From an uncultured Acidobacteriota bacterium (GTDB lineage: Bacteria; Acidobacteriota; UBA6911), in assembly GCA_963809485.1 (NCBI GenBank), contig CAWEJX010000020.1, forward strand, positions 224,001 to 288,000: a DNA stretch of 64,000 nt. The letters are read 5' to 3'. A model generated the notes under the pieces. It saw only the letters and a program-made list of their open reading frames with translations, had not been told where the DNA came from and did no database searches. The position numbers were made by a program, and so were the translations under genes. Below, in pieces: positions 10,436-18,051 of this stretch (position 1 is the first letter of the stretch; the number at the start of each line of letters is the position of its first letter).

Positions 10436-10978
10436 TTACTGAATGATTTTCATAAGGATGAGCAGGGCCTCCGCTGCAAGGAACCCCGCAAGGGTGCGGT
10501 GTTCGCGATTTCGAACAACCCTGGTCCATAGGAACTCGGATGAATCCCGGCCGGATCCCCGGAAACGGGGCCAGAAGAGAGGAACGCGGCGGGCGTACTC
10601 GAGAAACCTTTCCCCATAGCCGTTCAGCAGTTCCTGCTCTTCAGCCCGCATTGCGGGAAAGTAGAAGGCCGCGAAAAATGCCGCGAAAGGCAGAAGCAGC
10701 CAGTACCCCTGGCCGCCGACGATGATGCCGAACGCCATGATGAACGAGCCGAGATATAGAGGATTGCGCGTAAAGGCATAGGGGCCGCCCTGGGTCAGCA
10801 CGCGCCCTTTTTCGATATGACCTGCCGCCCACAGTCTCAGGAGTGCGCCCGCCAGAGCGATCAGGCCGCCGATCCACAGGGATCGGGCCGAGGGGTGCAT
10901 CAGCATCAGGAAGACAATTCCCAGAACCGTGCCCGCCGGCACGCGGATTTTTTGGGCTAGTTTTTTCCAGGAACCCAT
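10436..10978 (-). CDS. Isoprenylcysteine carboxyl methyltransferase/PEMT-family membrane protein
   Basis: GPYAFTRNPLYLG...EEQELLNGYGERF. Confidence 0.85.
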   Translation of the reverse strand: MGSWKKLAQKIRVPAGTVLGIVFLMLMHPSARSLWIGGLIALAGALLRLWAAGHIEKGRVLTQGGPYAFTRNPLYLGSFIMAFGIIVGGQGYWLLLPFAAFFAAFYFPAMRAEEQELLNGYGERFLEYARRVPLFWPRFRGSGRDSSEFLWTRVVRNREHRTLAGFLAAEALLILMKIIQ

Positions 10979-10980
10979 GG

Positions 10981-13005
10981 CTATTCGGCTTTCTTCCCTT
11001 CTATGTCCATGGTGGTGCGCTCCCTGGCAAAGGGGGCAGCCAGCCATTTACTGGCTTCAGCCTGAGCGCCGTTCGTGTCATCCTTTGTGTTAACGGCCTT
11101 TGTATACTCGGCCATGGCCCGCTGGCGTTGCCCCAGGATATCGTAAATTTTCCCGAGATAAATGTAGCACCATACTTCGATCCACTTGGGATCCCTGTCC
11201 CCATTCAGCGCATCCCGGAATGAATTGGCCGATGATTGGAGGTTGAACTGCTCATAAAAAACCTCCGCCAGCCGGAAATGGGCCAGAGAACGGCGGGAAT
11301 TGATTTTGAGCGCATTTTCATACGCTCGTATGGCTTCTACCAGATCCCCCTTTTGCTTCAGATCGTTGCCCAGAGATAGCTGAACCGAAACCTGCAGTTC
11401 CTTGGAGTCTCTCAGCAAATTGTTCCGGGGATCCAGAACAACCCTGTCGGGCATGGCAAAGGTGGAGATGTCAAAGGGTGCGGATTTGCCATTCAGCTCG
11501 ACCGTTTTTAACTCCTCCTTCTCGCCGCTGACAACCGCCACTTCAATAGGCATCCGGAACAGGTCCCGGTCCTGTTTGACGGTTCCGGACACACGGAAAC
11601 CGCTGGTCGTTTTGTAGACGACATAGTCCACTTGGAATTCCGGAACCCCGATGGTATCGATCCACTCGGCAAAGAACCAACCCAGATCATTATCAAAGAT
11701 CCTTTCCGCGAGTTTCCGGAACGCCGCTGTACTGCCCGCCTTGCCGGCGAAGTCATGGTTGTACTGGCGCATGAGCTGCTGAAACCCGGATTCGCCCATA
11801 ATCCCCTGCAGCATATTCAAAATCCAGGCGCCTTTTCCCGCCACCACGGACTCATATTTGTCGGTCCGGTGCCCCAGTCCGATTCCGACCCGAACGGCGC
11901 TTTTCCCCTCGAATTTCAGGGCGAGGACCGCCAGGTTGTCGATCTCCTCTTTGTAGGCAGCCGGACCCTCGTTTTTGCCCATATACTGAGCGGCGGAGAA
12001 ATAGGACATGCCGTCCACCAGCCAAAGGTCGTCCGTGCTTTGCACCCCCACCGTCTCCTGCCACCATTGATAGGCTATCCGTCGCGCCAGATCGCGGGCC
12101 GGAGGATTGGGTTGCGCGAGCTCCCGGCGGGTAATAAAAACGGTTCCCTGCATGCCCGGGTGTCTGGCCAGCTGTTCGTCTACCTCGACCAGTCGATAGT
12201 GCTCCCCTGATGCGGAGGCTCCGTAAGTTTTATGGTAATACTCCAGGATTTTTGCAGCCGCCTGTGCGCTCATCTGAATGGCCTCCAGATTGTTCTCATG
12301 CGCGAAACATTCAATGGTGAAATCGCCGAGCTTAAGCTTTTTCTGGAAGTACTGCCCCACAACCAGCGAGCCGGGCAGGGCGGGCGATTTTGCAGTCCAG
12401 GTGAAGACTTCATTAACACCCTTCGTGGCTACGGACTGTTGCGCCCCGGGACCAATCACAGTCATGCCCAAAGGAACCGTCACCACGAACGATGACGACG
12501 CCCGGTTCACAAGAAACTGGCTGACTGGAAACCACTTGGCAGAATACATCAGGTAGCTGCCTTCCATCCCGATATATGCGCTGCTCTCATCCCGCGTATA
12601 CATTCGGCTGAAACGATCCCGGTCGAACCCTCCCTGGTATTCAACCGTGACCGTAAAATTCGTACCGGCATCCAGCGGCTTGGGGAAAATAATGGACAAA
12701 AAGCCGGGACCGATTTCATCCTGGCCAAACTCCATTTCCACTCCCTCTGCGTTTAAAACCTTTTGCACCGAAAGATTCTCGCTCAGCTCAAGGGCGATAT
12801 GATCGGTAGTTTCGAGAATTTTAAGGCTTATGGAAGCCGAAGCCTTGATCTCGTGAGAATCGGGAATCAGCGTCGCATCTACTTTGTAGTTCTTGACCTC
12901 GATTTTTGGAATTGAGGAGGATTTCTTGGACTGAGGATAGGCTGTTGGGGAAAAGCCCGCCAGCATCAGGCACAAAGCAAATCCGGAGACCAGGGTGGAT
13001 TTCAT
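10981..13005 (-). CDS. Secreted M1-aminopeptidase-fold protein with C-terminal TPR, catalytic motif degenerate
   Basis: Signal peptide; M1 landmarks (QWW, WLxxG, GKGAWILNML, LGWFFAEWI); ARRIAYQWW in place of HExxH; TPR-like C-terminus. Confidence 0.8.
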   Translation of the reverse strand: MKSTLVSGFALCLMLAGFSPTAYPQSKKSSSIPKIEVKNYKVDATLIPDSHEIKASASISLKILETTDHIALELSENLSVQKVLNAEGVEMEFGQDEIGPGFLSIIFPKPLDAGTNFTVTVEYQGGFDRDRFSRMYTRDESSAYIGMEGSYLMYSAKWFPVSQFLVNRASSSFVVTVPLGMTVIGPGAQQSVATKGVNEVFTWTAKSPALPGSLVVGQYFQKKLKLGDFTIECFAHENNLEAIQMSAQAAAKILEYYHKTYGASASGEHYRLVEVDEQLARHPGMQGTVFITRRELAQPNPPARDLARRIAYQWWQETVGVQSTDDLWLVDGMSYFSAAQYMGKNEGPAAYKEEIDNLAVLALKFEGKSAVRVGIGLGHRTDKYESVVAGKGAWILNMLQGIMGESGFQQLMRQYNHDFAGKAGSTAAFRKLAERIFDNDLGWFFAEWIDTIGVPEFQVDYVVYKTTSGFRVSGTVKQDRDLFRMPIEVAVVSGEKEELKTVELNGKSAPFDISTFAMPDRVVLDPRNNLLRDSKELQVSVQLSLGNDLKQKGDLVEAIRAYENALKINSRRSLAHFRLAEVFYEQFNLQSSANSFRDALNGDRDPKWIEVWCYIYLGKIYDILGQRQRAMAEYTKAVNTKDDTNGAQAEASKWLAAPFARERTTMDIEGKKAE

Positions 13006-13020
13006 AGGCAAATTCCGTCC

Positions 13021-14181
13021 TTACAGATAACGGCTTACGGCTGCCGCGGCCATTTCCGAAGCGCAACGCGCGCCCAGTTGTTCGCGTATACCGGCGAGAC
13101 GCCGCCTCATCGCGTCGCTCGCCTCAGGTTCCTCCAAATATTTCAGGCCCAATCGGGCAAGCTCTTCCGGTTTCGCTTCGCTCTGGAACAATTCCGGCAC
13201 TATTTTCTCGCCGGCGATCAGATTCACCAGCCCTTTCATGGGAGTGCGGATAAGCAAGGACCCGATGCCCCAGCTCAGAGGGGAAATTTTGTAGGTGATA
13301 AGGAATGGAGTTCCCACAAGCGCCGCTTCGAGCGAACTGGTTCCACTTTTCACGAAGGCGAAATCCGCATTGGCAAGGATGTCTCTGGCATCATGGGTCA
13401 AAACGTGAAAGGAACCCTCGTTAGGGTCCCCCCGCAGCAGTTCCTTCAGGATGTGTTGTATGTGAGCCGGTTCCACGGTCGGGGCCGCGGATATCAGGAA
13501 TTGCGCGGGCACTTCAGCCAGGATGTGCTGCGCTGCGCGGACAAGAGCAGGAAGGATGTAGTCGATTTCCCTGCGCCGGCTTCCCGGCAGCATGGCCACT
13601 GTCCTGCGAGACGGATCCAGCTGCAGCGCGTTCAGAAAGGCGCTCCGGCCGTAATTGGGAGCAAAATCCTCCAGCAGCGGATGACCCACGAATTCCACCT
13701 CAACTCCCCTGATCCGATAATATTCCTCTTCAAAAGGAAGTATCACCAGCATTTTATCGACATAGGCGCGTATGGCACGAATCCGCCCGCTGCGCCATGC
13801 CCAGATCTGCGGGCTTATGTAGTAGACAGTCCTGACGCCCATCTTTTTCATTTTTTTTGCCAGACGCAGGTTAAAATCCGGGAAGTCCAGAAGTATGGCC
13901 AGGCGCGGCGGCTGGGTTTCGGAGGCGTTCAGGATGCGCCGGAAAGTCCGGTAGTAGGTTCGAAAACCGGACAGGGATTCCTTGACCCCGATATGAGCGA
14001 GTGTCCGGACATGGCCCAGAAGCCGAACCCCGGCTTTAAGCATTTCATCCCCGCCTGTGCCAAAAAATTCAAGCGCATCGGCCCCGTGCAGGCGACGAAG
14101 CCTTTCCACCAGGCGCGCGCCATAACGGTCGGCGGAAGCCTCGCCGGCGACGATCAGAATCCGTTTTGGGGAAGTTGCCAT
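13021..14181 (-). CDS. lpxB: Lipid-A-disaccharide synthase LpxB
   Basis: VAGEASAD, DFPDFN, YYISPQIWAWR and LPGSR motifs. Confidence 0.95.
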   Translation of the reverse strand: MATSPKRILIVAGEASADRYGARLVERLRRLHGADALEFFGTGGDEMLKAGVRLLGHVRTLAHIGVKESLSGFRTYYRTFRRILNASETQPPRLAILLDFPDFNLRLAKKMKKMGVRTVYYISPQIWAWRSGRIRAIRAYVDKMLVILPFEEEYYRIRGVEVEFVGHPLLEDFAPNYGRSAFLNALQLDPSRRTVAMLPGSRRREIDYILPALVRAAQHILAEVPAQFLISAAPTVEPAHIQHILKELLRGDPNEGSFHVLTHDARDILANADFAFVKSGTSSLEAALVGTPFLITYKISPLSWGIGSLLIRTPMKGLVNLIAGEKIVPELFQSEAKPEELARLGLKYLEEPEASDAMRRRLAGIREQLGARCASEMAAAAVSRYL

Positions 14182-14393
14182 GTCTTTGTATAAGATCCAG
14201 AATTTCGCCAGCGCAAGGCCCGGACATCCGCTAAAAGAGAGGCCGACGGAAGCCAGAAGCAAGGAGGCAGAAGCAAAAATCGGCGTGTTCCTTCATTTCT
14301 GGCTAACTGGCTGTTATGTAGCGCTCATTCGATCTATATTGAATCCTGTCGGAATAAAACCGGTGACCAGCCTTTTTATTCTGCCGTAAATCG

Positions 14394-15515
14394 TCAATCC
14401 CTGTCTATCCATCCTCCCCCGACCACATTCTCGCCCTCGTAAAACACGCAGGCTTGTCCGGGGCTTATCGCCAGCTGGGGAGAGTCAAATTCCACTTCCA
14501 CGCACCCGTCGTCCATGGGGGCAACCGTTGCAGGCGCCGCAGCATGGCGCGAACGAATCTTCGCCATAACCCGGAGCGGATCTGTTATCGCAGGGATGGA
14601 AATCCAGTTGGGCCGAAGGATGCGGCAGCGCCGCTTGCCCAGCCTGGAGCGTTCCCCAACAACCACCCGGTTTTCCCCCGGACGGATTTCCAAAACATAC
14701 AGCGGCGAGGAATGTGCAATGCCCAGGCCTCTTCTTTGACCGATGGTGTAATGATGGATGCCGGGGTGCGTTCCCAGGATTCGCCCCTCCGTGTCGACGA
14801 TCTCCCCCGGCATGAACTGCGTCGCCTCGCCGGGTCGGCCGGCGATTTCAGCATAGTGCTGTTCGACAAACTCCGCATAATTGCCGTCCGGGATGAAGCA
14901 TATCTCCTGGCTCTCCGCTTTGTCGGCAATCCGAAGCCCGTGTTTGCGCGCGATGCGGCGCACTTCCCCCTTTTCAAGATCTCCCAGCGGGAAGATGGCT
15001 TTGGAAAGCTGGGACTGGCTCAATTCGAAAAGGAAATAGGATTGATCCTTGTTTTTGTCCCGTGCCTGAGACAACAGGTATCTTCCGCTCTCCCTGTCCT
15101 GCGATACGCGCGCATAGTGACCGGTTGCCACGCGGTTCGCTCCCACATCCTCCGCCAGTCGGACCATACGGTCAAATTTCATATGCGAATTGCAAAGCAC
15201 GCAAGGCGAAGGGGTAAGGCCGTTACGGTAATCCGTAAGGAAGCTTTTCACGACCATCTGCCGGAATTCCTTCTGAAAATCGACCAGGTAATAAGGAATC
15301 TGCAAACGGGCTGCGACTTCCCTGGCGTCGTAGAGATCCTCGATCGAGCAGCACCCCGGAGAGCGGGTGCGGTCTCCCCCGGACCCCTTTCGCCTCTGAT
15401 CCCAAAGCTGCATCGAGAATCCGACCAGATCGAGCCCGGCCTGCTTCAAAATCACGGCTGCCGTCGAGCTGTCGACTCCGCCGCTCATCGCGATGGCGAC
15501 TCTGCCGGCGGTCAT
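14394..15515 (-). CDS. mnmA: tRNA 2-thiouridylase MnmA
   Basis: AMSGGVDSS, KDQSYFL, ESQEICF, TIGQRRGLG and PGQACVFY motifs. Confidence 0.96.
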   Translation of the reverse strand: MTAGRVAIAMSGGVDSSTAAVILKQAGLDLVGFSMQLWDQRRKGSGGDRTRSPGCCSIEDLYDAREVAARLQIPYYLVDFQKEFRQMVVKSFLTDYRNGLTPSPCVLCNSHMKFDRMVRLAEDVGANRVATGHYARVSQDRESGRYLLSQARDKNKDQSYFLFELSQSQLSKAIFPLGDLEKGEVRRIARKHGLRIADKAESQEICFIPDGNYAEFVEQHYAEIAGRPGEATQFMPGEIVDTEGRILGTHPGIHHYTIGQRRGLGIAHSSPLYVLEIRPGENRVVVGERSRLGKRRCRILRPNWISIPAITDPLRVMAKIRSRHAAAPATVAPMDDGCVEVEFDSPQLAISPGQACVFYEGENVVGGGWIDRD

Positions 15516-16390
15516 GGGATTGGCCTGGATGGCATCCAAAGGATGCAGCTCCTGACGAAATGTATGTCCTTTAAATTTGGGTGGAGGACATACTCGTCGA
15601 TGGAACCGGCCTTATCGGCATAGGAGTCCCTGAGCCCGGAAATCGCCCAGATGGCTTCCAGTTCCAGTGAAAAGAGCCTCTCTTCAAGCTCCTGCCGGCC
15701 AGGTGCCTGCGGCAGCGATCCGGCGATTCCGGGCGATTCGCTGCCGGCATGCATGAAGTGCCCGGCAATACGCTCCGAAGAAAAAATAAAGACATCCCTG
15801 TTCTGGGAATACGCTTTGGCTTCTTCCATATCAGCGGAATCGTCGGCGCCCACATATTTCTGAGCGATCTGTGCCAGCCTTCGAACAAAGACTTCATGCA
15901 GGGCATCCAGCTCCCGGCGCATGGGGATGTCCAGCATCTCCCGGCAACGCATGACAAAGTCCTGCGGCGGTTCTCCGGCGTGAGAATAGGCGTTCAAAGC
16001 GAAATTGCGATAGATCCTCACCTCAAAGCATCTCAACAGGTACTGAGTGAACTGGGTCTCCATCCGCGAGATGAAACCCGCATCCACGAATTCGGGCAGT
16101 TTCCCGGGGTACTCGGAGCCGGGAGCAAGGGATTGCAGGCTTCGGGGATCGACATCCTGGATCATATCTTCTGCCCAGAGCAGATCTGCGCTATCCGAGT
16201 ATATTTCCAGCGCCTTGTTCAGGCCGACGGTTTGCCTGAAGCCGGTCCGGACATCGCTAAAATCAATTTTGGCTTCCACATAGACATGGGGAACATACTC
16301 AACAGCCTTGTTTGAGAGATTTTCCCCGCCCCATAAAAGGAATCTGACCTTATCGGCGGAGTACTGGCGATCTGTCGGCTTCAGGGTCAT
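15512..16390 (-). CDS. Hypothetical protein (resembles the C-terminal region of large HerA/DUF87-like ATPases)
   Basis: Long ORF overlapping the mnmA start by 4 nt; YSHAGEPPQDFVMRC-type motif; family assignment is from memory. Confidence 0.6.
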   Translation of the reverse strand: MTLKPTDRQYSADKVRFLLWGGENLSNKAVEYVPHVYVEAKIDFSDVRTGFRQTVGLNKALEIYSDSADLLWAEDMIQDVDPRSLQSLAPGSEYPGKLPEFVDAGFISRMETQFTQYLLRCFEVRIYRNFALNAYSHAGEPPQDFVMRCREMLDIPMRRELDALHEVFVRRLAQIAQKYVGADDSADMEEAKAYSQNRDVFIFSSERIAGHFMHAGSESPGIAGSLPQAPGRQELEERLFSLELEAIWAISGLRDSYADKAGSIDEYVLHPNLKDIHFVRSCILWMPSRPIP

Positions 16391-16648
16391 AGGAGAGCTC
16401 GATTCTTCAATGGACAAAGAATTTTATCACAGAGCTCGCCCCTTTGCCTCTTATCTGGCGCGAGTGCTGTGGATTGCCGAATCGGCGCAATGTATTAGCG
16501 GTTGCGCGGTCAGGCGGTATGGACCTTCGGCGATAGGTTGGCTTGCAGGTTGCAGGTTCATACCATCACCTGCAACCGGGAAGCCATAATCAGGAGAAAA
16601 TGAAACCGCCTGAGCCGCTCCCGGCAGAAAAGCTGCTGGATTTGCGGA

Positions 16649-17266
16649 TTAATTGACAGACGGAGTCGGAGGCCTGAGGGCGTCGTTGATGCGTGAATTG
16701 AAGATTGCCTTAAACTCCTGCCTCCCATAAAAAAGACGCGACTTTACCGTGCCGGCCGGACAGCCGATGATTTCCGAAATCTCCTGTATCGTACGGCCCT
16801 CCATGTCGTGCAGACGAACGACAATTCCCTGCTTTTCGGACATGCGGCTGAAGATTTCACCGACGATCGATTTCAATTCTTCCATGGAGGCATGAGCCAG
16901 AGGATCAGTTCCAGCCGAACGGTCCGCAGGCAGGTCCCGGGCGGCGGCGTCTTCCAGTTCAACAAACTGTTTGTTTTTCGCCTTACGCAGCATCCCAAGG
17001 CAGACATTGATAGTGATCCTGCTGATCCACGTTGATATTTTCGAGTCGCCTCGGAAGGCTGAAATGCCGCGGTAGATATTTAGCAAGGTCTCCTGAAGAG
17101 CGTCTTCCGCGGAAGCCTCTTCTCCCAGTATTCGGTAGGCTGTATTAAAGATTCTCCTATTGTACCGGGAAAAAAGCTCATTGCAGGCTTCAGGATCATT
17201 GGACCGGCAGCGCTGCAAGAGGGCGAGGTTGATTTCTTCGGTAGGTTGGGACTCGATCGCCAGCAT
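16649..17266 (-). CDS. ECF sigma-70 factor
   Basis: AEDALQETLL (region 2), EISEIIGCPAGTVKSRLFYGR (region 4); AAGGAG RBS. Confidence 0.93.
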   Translation of the reverse strand: MLAIESQPTEEINLALLQRCRSNDPEACNELFSRYNRRIFNTAYRILGEEASAEDALQETLLNIYRGISAFRGDSKISTWISRITINVCLGMLRKAKNKQFVELEDAAARDLPADRSAGTDPLAHASMEELKSIVGEIFSRMSEKQGIVVRLHDMEGRTIQEISEIIGCPAGTVKSRLFYGRQEFKAIFNSRINDALRPPTPSVN

Positions 17267-17325
17267 ATGTCTCCTTTATTTCCAATGCCGCAGAGAGCAA
17301 CTCGTTTAAATCACACCTCTTCCCT

Positions 17326-17341
17326 AGCAAAAAACATGCCA
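17326..17341 (-). promoter_or_regulatory. sigma54 (-24/-12) promoter upstream of the ECF sigma gene
   Basis: Minus strand TGGCATGTTTTTTGCT (GG-N10-GC), 60 bp upstream of ATG. Confidence 0.78.
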
Positions 17342-17369
17342 AATCCAAATAATTCATTAAGTCTAATTT

Positions 17370-17382
17370 TATCAATTATTTA
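17370..17382 (+). promoter_or_regulatory. IHF-binding site
   Basis: TATCAATTATTTA matches WATCAANNNNTTR exactly, within an AT-rich tract between the promoter and enhancer sites. Confidence 0.65.
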
Positions 17383-17416
17383 TAAAATCATGCCGCCCGA
17401 TGGCTCATGGTGCGAT

Positions 17417-17500
17417 CTGTCAATATATTGGACAGCGATTCTGTAGAATCCACCTATTCCATTTATTTACAACACATAGGACTGTCCAATAAGTTTACAG
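17417..17500. promoter_or_regulatory. Two 19-bp dyad sites (putative enhancer-binding-protein UAS)
   Basis: CTGTCAATATATTGGACAG (17417-17435) and CTGTCCAATAAGTTTACAG (17482-17500). Confidence 0.6.
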
Positions 17501-18051
17501 GCGCTGCCGTCTTCTTCTCTGACAGGAATAGTTTGGTCTGAAACGCTGACTATTGCCGAAAAAAACCTGACCTGTCTGTATTGACACCCTTCAAAATGCC
17601 TTTTTATCGGAATTCGTCAGCGGGTTCGGTGTCAGCATTTTGGGAGGCATCGGATACGAGAGGGAGGGAAGTCAGGTACCTCCGGCAAAGCCGGAGGCTT
17701 GAAAGATTTGAACCGCTCAAAGCGGTTGGAGGAGTTACGCCGGTCTTGAACGCTGACTTACGCGGGCAAAAGCCGATGAGGCGCTTCCGATCCCCGCAGG
17801 GGCCAGCGCTCCGCGCTGGACAGTTTTCTGCGGCGGCACTGTGGCAAGCGCCGTGCGGCAAGGAGATGAAGGGTATGAGAAACCGGGCGTTTGCCACAGT
17901 GCCGCCGCAGAAAACTCCATCGGAAGCGCCTCATCGGCTTTTGCTCGCCGACCCTCGCCGAACAAATCGGCGTTTGTCAGCGCTTTTATCAGCGTTTCTC
18001 AGCGTTTCAAAATACGGAGCTGTCAAACTCTTTGAGTCCCCCGGCAGAGCC

